DNA from: Octopus sinensis
Lineage: Eukaryota
Reading direction: 5' to 3'
Length of the DNA stretch: 64,000 bases
NCBI RefSeq assembly: GCF_006345805.1
Contig: NC_042997.1
Span: 117,924,001-117,988,000, forward strand
The notes under the pieces: model-generated
Seen by the model: only the letters and a program-made list of their open reading frames with translations
Database searches by the model: none
What the model was told of the DNA's origin: nothing
Part shown: piece after piece, positions 1 through 13,234 of the stretch
Position numbering within the stretch: position 1 is the stretch's first letter
Layout of the letters: each line of letters starts with the position of its first letter
Position numbers and translations under genes: made by a program

Positions 1-138
1 TGCTTCCCAACCACATGGTTCTGGGTTCAGTGCCACTGCATGTGACCTTGGGCAAGTATATTCTACTATAGCCTCAGGCCAACAAAAGCCTTGTGAGTGG
101 ATTTGGTCGATGGAGACTGAAAGAAGCCCATCGTATAT
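1..138 (+). mobile_element. tRNA-derived SINE, 5' portion (octopus OK-type family), cut by the window edge
   Basis: B-box-like GGTTCAGTGCC followed by ...ACCTTGGGCAAG...GCCTTGTGAGTGGATTTGG...GAAAGAAGCCC. Related copies occur at 3841-4185, 14215-14530 and 33896-34023. Confidence 0.75.
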
Positions 139-444
139 CCATCATCTATCATTTCGAATCTGGGTTTTGTCCCCATTAACGAGGGTGGCTGGATCTAGCT
201 TGATGCCATAGCGACCACCCTCACACCAGCTTGCCTGGTTTGGGGCATCCTCCCAATTTCCTCTTCCACCTGTCCCCTCTACATTTTCCTCGGTCTACAT
301 TGATTTCACTGTTCTTTTACTCGAAACTCTAGCACCCTCTTCAGAACATGCTCCTCATCCCTCCTCAACACATGCCAATACCACTGCACTCCATTTGCCT
401 TTGCCAGCTGTTCCACTGATTCCTCCAACCCCAGCATCCCCAAA

Positions 445-512
<68 letters not shown>
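445..512 (+). repeat. (TG)n microsatellite
   Basis: Direct reading; it explains the VCVC/HTHT ORFs at 355-639. Confidence 0.95.
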
Positions 513-513
<1 letters not shown>

Positions 514-544
514 TCTGTGTTTGTTCCCTACCATCATTTGGCAA

Positions 545-720
545 CTGTTATTGGTCTGTTTACATCTCAGTAACTTAGTGGTTTGACAAAAGAGACCAAT
601 GAAGTAAGTACCAAGCTCAAAGAAACAAAAAGCAAGCAAACTGGGGTCAATTCACTTGATTAAGATTCTTCGGATGATGCCCCAGCATGGCCAGAACAGA
701 AACAAGTAAACGATTAAAAA
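545..720 (+). mobile_element. SINE 3' portion
   Basis: AAGTACC...CTGGGGTCAAT...GCCCCAGCATGGCC...GAAACAAGTAAA matches the 3' tail of the SINE at 3841-4185. Confidence 0.55.
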
Positions 721-1190
721 AGAGATAAATTTAACAGAGTTTTGAATGTTTTAATTTAGATTACTTTAAAACATGATGTTTGCATCATAGAAGCTTTGTC
801 TTGGCTAGAATTAAATTAATATATGCACTTGAAATGGAATAAAATAATGATGAGTATAACATTTATAATGGATATATATACGAAAGCAGAATGGCCTAAG
901 ATGTAATATCTAGTCTCAGAGAAACTTCTTGTAGAGACTTGTGAGTTAAAATAACCTCACAGAACCCATTCGGAATGTCATTTGGTGGATGGTCACACAC
1001 AGTGTTTATGTAGTTGTTCGTGTTACTTAGCCCTAGACCAACTATAATTGATGATAGTGTCTTTCATTCTTCCAATAACTCGCATTTCTCGACCCCACCC
1101 CCACATAGTAAATATCTTTTGTGATAAGAACGTATCTTATTATGATATGATTCTTATTTATTCCCTAATGTATTTCTCATCAAATATCTT

Positions 1191-1228
<38 letters not shown>

Positions 1229-1799
1229 ACAAGCAGGTTAGTAAGCAAAGGATCAAACTGTGTTAATAGTGTCTCAAAGATTGTGGGACATTATACTAAC
1301 AACTAATGCAACCATATCTTTTATTGAGGGCTCAAAGTTCACGGAACACATGGAGTTGATGGTTTTTGATTAGCTTAGCAACGATAGCAATATTTTATCA
1401 ACTAGGAAGGTTTAAAATTACAAATTAAAGCTGAAGAGCATTGATAAAAAGAATAATTAGATTTAAAATTTTTAATTGAGGGTGTTGTCATTACAAAAAA
1501 GGTTGGTAAAAGGAAAAAAAAAAGTGGGGAACGATAGAATTGTACAATTTTGTTGCTGTTGTTTTAACTCCAGGTCAGCTCTGATGGAGCAGACCTATAA
1601 TCATAGGCATTCCAAGCATGACCAACTTGTCTTGATATATAGTGTGTCTAGGATCACATTATACAAGGTATCTTCCTATTTCTAAAACAGTAGGGTTTGA
1701 TTTGAAGAAGATTTGGCTGATATTTATAGCATGGGAAGTGATGATGTAGAGTAGTGATTCTCAACCATTTTTTCCCCCTATGGACCCCTTTGAATGGCC

Positions 1800-2880
1800 A
1801 AAGAGGAAAGTGTCTGCCTTCAGCCCTTTCAGTCTGGTCCACCACACAACCTCTTTCACTACAGGCAAAGGAAAACAGCTAGGCCTTCTTGGCCAAAGGA
1901 AGGCAGTGGGACCATTTTCCCAATGACCTCAGCTGATAGACGGATTCATCCCACACGTGACAGCAGGGGTTCAACATAAACCCACAAGTCAGAAATACTT
2001 GGGCACTGGACAAGAATATGGAGAACAGTGTGGATGATTGCACTTCCATGGTCGTAGGGTTTATCTTGAACAGGCAGTGCCCCACAGTAGGACTGCCAGG
2101 CCAAGGATTTCTGGAAATTATCCATAGGCCCCGGCCCAAAAGTTCCCCGGAACAAACCAGCCAACTCATTCTTGTCGACACCCAGGGTCTCCCTGAGAAT
2201 GTCATTGCACTTACCCACCACTAACCCTCTACAGAAAGCTATAGTGGAACTTCCACTGATCGCATTGCCTAACTGGCAGAGGAGTGTGAGCGCCTGGCAA
2301 CACTAGGTGCTAGTTGTCTTTCCTCGGTCTATGTTTGATCCAGGACTACAGCTCAGTCAAAGAGATGAGCTGTGAGAAACTGCATCTAACACACAGCAAC
2401 CACGCTTGCTCACCATCTAGGAAATGCTGGAGATACTGCAGCCTCAGTGCATGTCTGCACATCAGTAGTCATGGCATACACAGCAAATGGAGCGCATCCC
2501 TTCCACAGAAAGCAGAAGAACCAGAACAGGGTATGACGGTGAGGCAGTAATAGATGATGGATGTGATGTATGCATTCACCACTTCTGCCTGACCTTTCAG
2601 GGATAGCTTTCTCTCAGCCCATTTCTAAGTGATATTGGCCACCCTGTCGCCACCTGGTCCTAGTTCTTCACCTAGAAAGCTGGACTGAACCAGCACCCAG
2701 GGTAATTTAACCAGTCTTCCATCCAGTGTCCCACAACACTGTTGGAAGGCATGGATCTGCCTCTCCAGGCACCAAGTTGCAGGCCCACTGACTTCTGTTT
2801 AAATTTCACTTCTATCACAACCTTGTATTCTTTTAGAGAAGTGCCAACCAGGTCTATGTGCCTGGTGTTCAAACACTATG
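1800..2880 (-). pseudogene. Degraded L1/Tx1-type LINE ORF2 (post-RT region and C-terminal Cys/His region)
   Basis: Minus-strand translation across frameshifts gives KSVGLQLGAW...WLNYPGCWF, KWAERKLSLKGQAEVVNAYITSIIYYCLTV, LAWQSYCGALPVQDK...TVLHILVQCPSISDLW and VKEVVWWTRLKGLK, all typical of L1/Tx1 ORF2. Confidence 0.75.
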
Positions 2881-3060
2881 ACGGTGATGTCATCCAATCC
2901 TTTCTACTATAGACACAAGGCCTGAAATTTGAGGAAGGAGGCTAATCAAGATTCATTTTGAGGATCTGATTGAAGACTTTGCAATTAAAAAAAAAATAGG
3001 AGAAAACTTCAAATACTTATAAAGTAAAAGTAAACAAAAATTAATTATTTTCCATCTTTT

Positions 3061-3345
3061 TTTTTTTTTTATGCACCCTTTTCAAGCCTTGCCAGGCTCA
3101 TGGACCTGGTTTCCTGGTTTCTATAGCGTATGTGTTCCCCCAAACTGGACAAGACACCAGTCCATCGCAGCGTTACTCAAGAAACAGGAAGAAAGTTGGG
3201 GCGAAAGAGTACAACAGGGGTTGCCACCACCCCCTGCCGGAGCCGCGTGGAGCTTTTAGGTGTTTTCAATAAACACACACAACGCCCGGTCTGGGTCCTC
3301 CGACTGCGAGTCCGCATGCCCTAACCACTGAGCCATTGCTCCTCC
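3061..3345 (-). mobile_element. tRNA-derived SINE with poly(A) tail, second family
   Basis: The reverse complement starts GCAATGGCTCAGTGGTTAGGGC (A box). It has the same AAGCTCCACG..GGCTCCGGCAGGGGGTGGTGG core as 31696-31925. The poly(T) tract on the + strand is at 3057-3070. Confidence 0.75.
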
Positions 3346-3840
3346 AGCAGTAAGATTCTCCATCTTACTGCTAGTTTTATTTCATTTTGAAGAAAGAAAA
3401 TTATGATTTATCATTATTTATATTTTGAATTACGAATATGAGTGGCCTGAATTTTTTTTAAATGTTTAGGGCCTTTATGGGTCTTAATCCGGCACCAGGT
3501 AAAACATTAAATTGTATGATAAAGGACAAGCACAAGTGTCTTACTGCAGAGCAGATACATGGTTGCCCCAGATAGAAAAGAAAGAGGATGATGGCAAACA
3601 TATGTCAGGGCCTACCCTCAAGTTAGAGGAAGATGAACATAAGTGGTATGATGAGTTCATGGGAGTGTAAGGTGAGTGACAGAGAGAGATGGGGCTAGAA
3701 GGAAATGAAGTGGGTGGTGAACATGGTCAATTGTGTATAGACCAGTGATTCTCAGTCAGGATCCATATGGCCCTTAAAGGTCTATATAAGAATTTGTTGT
3801 TAAAAGTTATCTGCAATAAATTGGTTATACTTCGACAATA

Positions 3841-4185
3841 CTCTTTTACTTGTTTCAGTCATTTGACTGCGGCCATGCTGGAGCACCCCTTTTAGTCGAG
3901 CAAATCGACCCCAGGACTTACTCTTTGTAAACCTAGTACTTATTCTATCGATATCTTTGGCCAAATCGTTAAGTCACAGGGACGTAAACACACCAGCATC
4001 AGTTGTCAAGCGATGTTGCGAGGACAAACACAGACACACAAATACACACATATATATACATATATACGACGGTCTTCTTTCAGTTTCCGATCTACCAAAT
4101 TCACTAACAAGGTTTTGGTCGGCCCAAGGCTATAGTAGAAGACACTTGCCTAAAGTGCCACGTAGTGGGATTGAACCCGGAACCA
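3841..4185 (-). mobile_element. OK-type SINE, near full length
   Basis: The reverse complement has GGTTCCGGGTTCAATCCCACTAC (B box), an internal microsatellite and the 3' tail GGTGCTCCAGCATGGCCGCAGTCAAATGACTGAAACAAGTAAAAG. Confidence 0.8.
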
Positions 4186-7100
4186 TTAATACAATTCTCA
4201 ATAATATTTAATTATAAAAGCATGATTTTTAAAAAAATCAAATAGCTAGGAGAGTACATCCAGGTAAAATAGGAACTAAGGGGTCCATGAGTAAAAAATG
4301 ATTAAGAAACACTGGTATAAACCCTAATCTTCCAAGCACTAATAATCCATGGCAGGCAAAGCACTCAATAACTCCAGAACTATTAAAAAGATTGCTTCTG
4401 ATTTTGTTAAAACCTGCAGGTGGAGTAAGACCCAAACTAAAAGAAAGAAAAATTGCTAGTAATAAAGCTCCACTAAGAGCAGGCTAATATGAGTTTTATG
4501 ATCAAGTTTCGATAAGGATGATCGTAATTGAAATTTAGAAGTAGCTTATCAATGTTTAAACAAGACCATGAGTCAAAACACTCCATTTGATAAGAAGCAG
4601 GGAGAGATGGAAGACAATGGCGATAATAATGATAACAAATAAGAGGTGGTAACAAAATGGTGAAGAAAATGAAAGAGTAAAGTTAATTGGGGATTAGTGT
4701 AATAAGGTCAGTCTTCAGAGAAAACAGCACCAAGCAATTTAACATTGACTAGAGTTGCCCTAATGAATAGTTTGTCGAATATGTGAGATAGTGTTCACTT
4801 GGGAAATAGTTGGCAAAAAATAATCAAAAGACGTGTCTTCCTACGGACAATATAAAGAACCAAGAGGATTTGTTCTGAGTGTGGTTAAATAAAACTTCTT
4901 GCATGGTGATCTGAAGTTTGTGTCCTAAATAATATGCGCTTTTCATTCTCTGCCGTTTTCACTTTCATTTGTGGCAATGCCATACGTTACTCAAAAGCAC
5001 CATAAATCAGTAAAGTAGTTCTGAAACTGACAAAAAACCACGCCCTGCCCACCAAAATATTAGAAGAATCCTTTGGTATCCCGCCCTTACATCTAAATGA
5101 TACGTCTTTCTTTGTGATGGTGTTGCACAAATTCAAAATGTTGGAAATCCTCTACATTTTTATTGAACATGTTAATTTGCCGGATTGTAAAAATTTACCA
5201 ATTTGCTTTACCCCATTTCAAATCTTCAGTCTCCTACCCTGCCCTAGAGGCCTGGTCACTTCTATGGGAAAGGGTACCCTAAATTGTTTAACAAGTTACT
5301 ACTAAATGATGATAACCGAACGAATACCCAATGGGGAATCTAAGTAATGGATTTCATGAGATACGTCTGTAACAGACGGTGTAAGGATCACAAAAATTCA
5401 AATAAAAATCTACACATCGGTGGATTGGATCCAAATAACTGGGGATCGGATACTATTACTCCCGCTGAAAAGAAATATTACTATCGCTAATATGCTTCAG
5501 GTGTCTGGTTAGATGGACTTTGGGTATTTGGTGGGGATAATACGACGAGACTCTGAAGGTATGTCAGATTGTCGGTTTATTCCTCATCTACCCATTGTCA
5601 ATTAACGATAGACCTATCGTTTGTTTGGATAACCGGCTGTCTCAGGTGGGGGTTAAAGCCATGCTTAAGTGTTTTGGTTATGATAGGGAAAATTTTGTAG
5701 ACACTGGAAAATTTGCTTGACCGTACACAGGGAGCCGAATCAAAAAACAGTTGAAATGAAGAAATGGGACATTACAAAGTCCCATTATTAGTTGTTTCAG
5801 TTTAAAAGAACATGGCTAAATGACATATTTATACTAGAAGATGGAAAGGGTTTCAATAACATTTACTAATTTTATTAGCGATTGGAGAAAAAAAAAAAAA
5901 AAAAGGAAAACTATAATGCAATAAATTAGCAATTGGAGGTTAAAATTGCTTTTCGTTGCTAATACTATATTGGCAGTATTCGTATATTTATTTTCATTTT
6001 TAAGAATATAAACCGTACGCAAGTAAAGTGAAAATAAAGAAAAAAAAAAACTGGGACAGCTAGAAAAGATATCCATGTATTTGTTCTTATTTAGAACGTT
6101 AAGCATCAAGATCGCCGACAAAAATAGTAATAATAACAGATCGAAGAATGTGTATAATAAGTTTGTTGTGAAGATTTTGTTGGCATGGGTACAACGAGGA
6201 CAACGGAACAACAGAGATAAATTAAAGAATGTTGACAAAGATAACTAGATTAGTGGGACGTTGGGGGGGGGGGTAGTAACGAAATAAGGAACACTGGAAG
6301 GGAAGATTAATTAATATTGAAACTTGGAGTGAAAAAAATTACTCTGAAATAACTACAGGGGTGAGTGTATATAAAATAGCATATATGTGCGTGTGTGCTA
6401 TAGATAAACAAATCTTTCATAGATTAAGAGTTAAAAGAAAACATATATATATATATACATAATAAATAATATTAGGGTAATAAGAATTATAGAAATTATT
6501 ATTGGTCTAGGAACTAAATTAGATGGTAAACGTTTTTAATTTTCATTCCTTTCGAGAATTTATCCCTAATTAGTTTGAATTTTCTACTGCTCTTTCTAGC
6601 ACAAGGCTTTCCTATTTGGAAGCCTCTTAATGTGTTTTAATGTACACGATATTTATATATATATATATAAATTTCAATTAAACTATTATGATTTCTAAAG
6701 TTAGTTATTTTCTAATTTTTCTGTAAAACTACATTTTCCATTTTTTTTTTAAGAATTCAATGTAAATAAAATGCCAAACCGCTTCATTCAAAAATACCAT
6801 CTACGCCCTTTCAATATTAAAAAATCAATTATAAACACTGTCTTAATATAATAAAGATCACTCCCCAAACATACGCCCTATGGCCAGATAATCATTCAAA
6901 CAGAATACTTTGTATTATAGCTGATTTCATATCTTAACTATTATTCAAATTATATAAAAAATTCAAATATGAATTAAAGAGAGGGAAAAAAAAGATAAAT
7001 TAATTACTTTTTACCAAGAATCCGGTTCAGCAAGCCGGTTGTTGAGTACATAACAAATCATAATACCTATCCAGAGAAACAAAGATTCAGACATACTTCA

Positions 7101-7249
7101 GAGTTTCCACCAGTATTTTACACCAACACCGAAACGAACCAACTTTTTATACGCGTATTTTTGTTTTATATTAACGTTTCATATATTTGGCTTCTACAGC
7201 CTGTAATATACTTTTCTTTAAATGCAAGAAATTAAACAAGAAATAGATT

Positions 7250-7387
7250 ACAAACTACAGAATTTTCTCAAGAAAGTCAAGAGAAAAAGATGTTTTATTT
7301 GACACATTCTACCAGTATACGAAGTTTAAAAGTGTTTAGTTACAAAGAAATTACTAAAAAAATCTGCCGGTCAAAGCGAAAAGATCC
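7250..7387. mobile_element. One-ended fragment of the GGATC MITE family
   Basis: Ends in CTGCCGGTCAAAGCGAAAAGATCC; its subterminal sequence matches the full copies. Confidence 0.7.
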
Positions 7388-7645
7388 CTGTGTATTACTG
7401 TCTGAATTCAAAATCTGAAGGAATCTTCTTTATTTTTTTTTCCATCCTTCTAAGCTCCATGAAATAAATAATAGGACTGCGGTCTCGTTCCAATTGCGTG
7501 TCATCCTTCCGTAAGTATCTTCTAGCATAGCTTCAAGTAGACCAACACTGTGAAGGAAATTCAGTTATCAAAAATGATGTGGAAGCATGTTGGAGAGACT
7601 GCTGCTGTTCGTAATAAAATTAACCCGTTGCCCAAGCTAACACTA

Positions 7646-8850
7646 CCATCTTTTCGGTTTGAACGGCAGTTTTTAACATAATTTCTAGGTAACTAAAAAA
7701 TTTTAAACTTCGTATACTGATAGAATGTGTCTATAAAACATCTTTTTCTCTTGGCTTTATTGAGAAAATTCTATAGTTTGTGAGATATTTGTTGTTTTTT
7801 TCTTCAATTTCTGCAATTTCAACCAATCACTGACGTCTATTGAGGTAAAAAAAACATTTTGTGCAGTATGAATATGTCCCCCGTTTAAGAAACAGATTGG
7901 GTTTATTTACATTTGTGAAGAAAAAAAGATACCCTTCCCCCACCCCTAACCCTCCTAACTAACCCTAACCCTAAAACATTGAAATGCAATAGATCGATAC
8001 TAGGGTCATAATTATGGGTGACAATTTGGATCTTTTCCTTTTGAACGGCAGTTTTCAACACAATTTCTACTTAACTAAACACTTTTAAACTTCGTATACT
8101 GGTAGAATGTGTCAAAATAAAACATTTTTTTCTCTTGACTTTCTTGAGAAAATTGTAATTTGTAAGTTTAACGTAGTTTAATTTTTCAAATTTTAACCAA
8201 TCGATGGCCTATATTGATCTAAAATCATTTGCTGCGTCTAAAACTGAGACAACATCCTGTCACTGACCCTAACCCTAACCCTAACCCCAATCCTAACACT
8301 AACCCTAACCCTAAATTTTAGCCTTTCGGGTTTTTTTTCTTAATTGTTAAATTAATTTAATTGTTACGCGTGTGTCTAAAATTATTCGTTTTGTTTTTGT
8401 TTTGAGATACACGTGTATTGTTTAAACTATTTTCCATTGCTTAAGAAAAAAAAAAAAACGAAAGGCTAAAACGAAAGCAATGGAAAATAATTTAAACAAT
8501 TAACAAACAAAATAATTCTATAATTTTATACACACGCTTTCCGAACTTAAACATAACAGTGACAGGATGTTGTCTCAGTTTTAGACGCAGCAAATGATTT
8601 TAGCTAAATAGAGGCCATCGATTGGTTAAAATTCGAAAAATTAAACTACGTTAAACTTACAAATTACAATTTTCTCAAGAAAGCCAAGAGAAAAAAAAAT
8701 GTTTCATGTTGACACATTCTACCAGTATACGAAGTTTAAAAGTGTTTAGTTAATTAGAAATTGTGTTGAAAACTGCCGTTCAAAAGGAAAAGATCCGACA
8801 ATTTCAAATGACACCGCTAGAAAAAACTGCCGTTCAAACCGAAAAGATCC
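7646..8850. mobile_element. GGATC-family MITE (host copy) interrupted by a related element
   Basis: Termini are CCATCTTTTCGGTTTGAACGGCAGTTTT and AAAACTGCCGTTCAAACCGAAAAGATCC. The family consensus resumes at 8805, after the insertion. Confidence 0.85.
8028..8796. mobile_element. Long-TIR (about 240 bp) non-autonomous DNA transposon with 8-bp TSD
   Basis: Arms 8028-8265 and 8557-8796 are reverse complements. The TSD GACAATTT is at 8020-8027 and 8797-8804. (CCCTAA)n lies just inside the left arm. Confidence 0.9.
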
Positions 8851-9512
8851 ATCTTGTCTTTAGAGAAGTCCACTTTACAGTAATCATTCGGATCAGGACT
8901 CCAGTTGGAGTATAACTGTTTCCTTCTTCTCAGATGCCCTGGAAAGAGTCATGAACGCTACGCTTTCTCCTCTGACAAATCCATTAAAATTTGATTAAAA
9001 TTCAGAATTCGCAGAATGTATTCTAATCACAGGGAACAAGCAAGCCATAAGAACATATATAAACACAATAGACTACGTTTATTTTTTTTATTACTATTTC
9101 CATTCATTAAACAATATACCGCCTACTCGAGCTAATGAAGAAGTCTCCACGCGGTCACTGGATCTGTTAAAAGTTGCAGCAAAATCTCCTGCCAAAATTA
9201 CATCTCCTAGACACAGTGACATAGTGTGGGGTACGCGGACCTCACAGGGTAATTTCTTGTTCAAATATATGTTGAAGCTATGTTACATTTAGGGAAGAAT
9301 TGGCCAATATAGCTACCGCTCAGGGTAGCCAAAACCCACGCTACGGCACTGCCCAGATAAACAGAAAAACAGGATGGTCATATCTCGAAGTCCTTTTTGG
9401 TTATTAGTCTTCTCAATAGGAGGTAGCCTAGACTGAATAATACAACATGTATGCTGTGTACAATAAACAGAATAAACATTGGCTTTGTACCGAATAAAAA
9501 ATATTACAACTT

Positions 9513-9725
9513 AGACGGCGAGCTGGCAGAATCGTTAACAAGTGGGCAAACTGCTTAGCAGCATTCCACCCGACTTTATGCTCTGAGTTCAAATCCCGCC
9601 CATAACGACTTTGCCTTTTATTTTTTCGAGGTCATTAAATTAAGTACCAGCCAAATGCTAGGGGCCAACGTAATCGATTAACTCCTATCCGCCCAAACTG
9701 TTGGCCTTGATGGTCTAGAAACAAT
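9513..9725 (+). mobile_element. Diverged tRNA-derived SINE (GGCGGCGAGCTGGCAGAA family)
   Basis: GGCGAGCTGGCAGAATCGTTA...GAGTTCAAATCCCGCC...ACTTTGCCTTT...AAGTACCAG. Confidence 0.7.
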
Positions 9726-10096
9726 CTTAGACGAAGAAACTTTATTGTACCAAACAAGCTACAGATCTTAATGAAATGTGAAGAGGGATCGATTGCCATA
9801 CAAAATAAACGTTTTGCCGCATTCGTTAACATCTTTTCAGCGTTTTTATTCGAATTTTACCGTGGTTGAGTTTGATCTTTATCCTTCCAAAATCGATAAA
9901 ATAAATACCTCTGAAGTACTCTGAAGTACTGCGGTCAGTATAATCGTTTATACTTATCCCTGAAATGTTTGGCCTTGTTCCCATCTTTAAAATTCATTAT
10001 TAATTCATCAGGAGCATTGAACTGATCACGGCAATAATTTATTGAAATCATTGTTCAATCTAACACAACAGACAGGAAAAATACATTTAAAGATAT

Positions 10097-11362
10097 TGTT
10101 ACGGTTGGCTAAGTGCATTTCGGGTTTAATTAGTGTAGTGTTTCTGGTGACCCACATAGGAATAATGGTTCCAGTATGTCTGGTGAAAAGTGACGGGTCC
10201 TTTGTCTAGTGGGAGATTAATGAGACCTTTCTGACCTTGTGCGGTCGATTGGAGGTCATTCTAAGCACCCCTTGAAGAAGTGAAGAGGAGGACAGATTAA
10301 GGGAATCTAAGAGCAGATGGAGAGGGTATTGACAGTAGGAGAGAAGGACAGGCAGAGAGTATGGTAGAGCTGTCATGAGAGAGATAGAGTATAAGACTAA
10401 GGGACAGTTAGAGAGGGTATGAGCGGTACAGAGGGAGATGAGGGAGTGGAAGAAGCACAGAGACGAAGTGAGGTCTTGGCAGTCGTTGAGCGGTCGTCGA
10501 AGAACACAGACGGATCTTGCAGTCGCTGGCCGGTCCTCGAAGAAGACAGACGGACTCTGGAGGTCAGAGCGAGTGGATGGAACCTTGGATTTAAGGAGCA
10601 AGCGTTGGAATTCCTGGGAGCGAGCTGGAATGCGAGGAGGCCTAGGGGCAAGCGATTGGAATATGCACAGAGGGGAATTAGCAGAGTATTCAGAGGATTT
10701 GGCAGTATTCAGAGATGAGTGCAGAATGGGACACTGGCGATTCAGTTAGGAATTAAGGTATGTGTTTGTGCATTGATATGTGTCACGGTGTATACGGACC
10801 GACAGAAAAGAACAGTCAAGGACTCTGCCGATGTGGTCGATAAAGGACATTGTGAATTGAGTAAAGGACTTGTTGATTGTGATGTTCAGAAAGAAACTTT
10901 GAAGGAACTGTGTCTTCGGACGTGTACTCGTGAATTGTTGTGATACGAACATTGTATAATGTATCGAAGTGTTCTGATTGGACTGTGACGTATCGTGAAC
11001 ATTATTTGATCTGGACTTGTTGTGTCGTTACTGAACACTGTTATATTGTTACATGCATGTTGTTAAATGCTTTGATCTGTGGTATACCGTATGATGTATT
11101 GATTTGTTGTTTGCCTTAAATGCTTTGATGTTGTAACAATTGTAATTGTCGTATAAACTGTTGTTTGAATATAAGCCAGTGTTGCCAGTTGTTGCCTTGC
11201 CTCTTTGGGTTGTATCTCGGGTTGTGCCTCTGTATCTCTGTGCTGCTGAGGTTGTGGAAGTATCTATCTGTATCTCCTCTCTCCGCCTCTTTGGGTTCCG
11301 TGGCGGAACTTGTGTGTGACCCGTTCGGGACGGGCGACGACGGGTGATTCCGTTCCGTAACA
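10097..11362. mobile_element. Solo LTR (1266 bp), probably Gypsy-type
   Basis: Perfect 8-bp inverted ends TGTTACGG...CCGTAACA and a 4-bp TSD ATAT (10093-10096 and 11363-11366). GC content is higher than in the flanks, and there is no internal pol. Confidence 0.85.
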
Positions 11363-11963
11363 ATATATTCTTGTGCTGGTTACAGTCATCGTCGTAAATA
11401 TAGTGAAAGTAAACGGTCCCTAAAAAATAAAAGTATATAGCAATAGAAGTCGGAAGTAACATCCTGTAACTTCATGTAATCCATACATATATTTTATACA
11501 AGACGAGCAAAACGCTCCCTGTCCAATAGATGATGCTGAGTTGTCAAACCTTTAAACCAAATTTTCTCAAAACAACTTGTCCGGCCGTCCCATAGGCCTC
11601 CCTTTTGAAAAACACTGATTTAACCAAAATTTGAGACACCAGCAAAAGAAGAAATAAAGATAGACTTTTTTTCCATTCCAAAGAAAAACGATTTTATTCA
11701 CACAAATATGCAACCGAAGGGTTTAAAGTACCAGTAATGATAAGGTTGTTGCCTGGGAGAACACAAACATGGTTTAAATAGTAAGCTTGGCAGGAAAGAA
11801 ACGTGCCTTTAAGCAGTACAAAAACAACAAAAAATGGAAGGTGCAGTTATATACAGGTTGACGGAAAAAAGCAGGACAAAAACGGCTTTATCGATCGCAT
11901 TCTCACCTGGAATCGATTTTTGTAATTTTTTTCAAGACTTATACACGCCCTGATACCCATTTC

Positions 11964-12195
11964 GGATCTTTTCTTTTTGATGGACGGAATTTTCTAGTTA
12001 ACTAAACAATTTGAAACTTCGTATACTGGTAGAATGTGTCAAAAGAAAACATTATTGTAAACAAAATTGGAAACAAAATTGTAATTTCTAAGTTTAACAG
12101 ATTGAAATGCAATAGATCGATACTAGGGTCATAATTATGGGTGACAGTTTCATATGACACCGCTAGAAAAACTGCCGTTCAAACCGAAAAGATCC
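11964..12195. mobile_element. Internally deleted, chimeric GGATC-family MITE
   Basis: The left end resembles the 8028 variant (GGATCTTTTCTTTTTG...GTGTCAAAA). The right end is the standard ...CAAACCGAAAAGATCC. Confidence 0.7.
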
Positions 12196-12264
12196 GCTCT
12201 GAATTTTTATTTGTAATATTCTGAAATAAAATATATTACTCTCTATGTTGCTCGGTTAACAAAT

Positions 12265-12447
12265 ATCGGTTTCAAATTTTAGCACAAAGTCAGCAATTTC
12301 GGGAGAGCAGTGCTCAACTGGTACTTATTTTATCGACCCCGAAAGGATGAATAACGAAGTCAATCCGGCGGAATTTGAACTCAGATGGTAAAGTCAGAAG
12401 AAACGCGACAAAGCATTTAGTCCGGCGCAGTAACGATTCTTCCAGCT
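12265..12447 (-). mobile_element. SINE (GGCGGCGAGCTGG family)
   Basis: ACTGGTACTTATTTTATCGACCCCGAAAGGATGAA...GGCGGAATTTGAACTC on the + strand is the reverse complement of the family core. Confidence 0.75.
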
Positions 12448-13234
12448 CCCTAACTTTAGGTTTGCAAATATTCCTGCAGCGCTGCATTAAGCAAATAAGC
12501 ACATGCTTAGGGCATCAAAAGAAGGAGGTGAGCACCATAGAAATGGTAAATGGTTTAGGCACAAACGAAACCACTGTAACAGGATGTAAGGTCTGTAACA
12601 CTGGATGGGTGCAGCTCTCAACTTTTACATAAAAATATTAATCGAAGGAAAGAGTCAAGACTTCCGATTAACTTCAACAGCATAAATATTTTATTTCTGG
12701 ATTCGCAATATATACATTCTTCTTTCGGGGCGAATCGGCAGCCTAGGAGCTCGTCGCAGTAGTCAAGTGGAGTGAGCTAAATCCTGTCCGTTCAAGCATA
12801 GCGTAGCAACGCCACGAGGTGGCAGCTTGAGAGAGCTGCTAAAACACGACCGTCCTGTTCGGCTTTCTCTGACAGCAGTTTTACATTTTCCAGATACCTT
12901 TAACTAGGCCGAAATAATGTTTTCACTACTTGACCCTTTCTAACCTCTTCTACTTCAGCAAAAGTATATATAAGATTCGTTTTGAGGATCTGATAAAAAA
13001 AACTTTGCAATTTAAAAAATGTTGTAGAAAACTTTCCAAAATCGATAAGTTGAGAGTATCGAAAAATGAACATTATTTTCTATCTTACTGTTAGTTTTAT
13101 TTCATTTTGAAGAATGAAAATTTATTTTATGGTTCATCATTATATATATATTGATCTACATATATATGGATGGTACCAAAATCTTTTAAATGCTTAGGGC
13201 TCTGTATTTCTCTCTAAATAAATCAATATATATA

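Noticed and set aside
3051-3366. TCCATCTT as TSD of the SINE at 3061-3345
   Set aside because: The second copy is offset by about 13 bp from the SINE 5' end. It is plausible but not clean enough to report.
6420-7100. Possible Penelope GIY-YIG remnant and pLTR
   Set aside because: The motif matches are too degenerate to support by eye.
10206-11462. ORFs of 60-137 aa inside the 10097-11362 element
   Set aside because: They lie within a solo LTR and show no gag, pol or env motifs.
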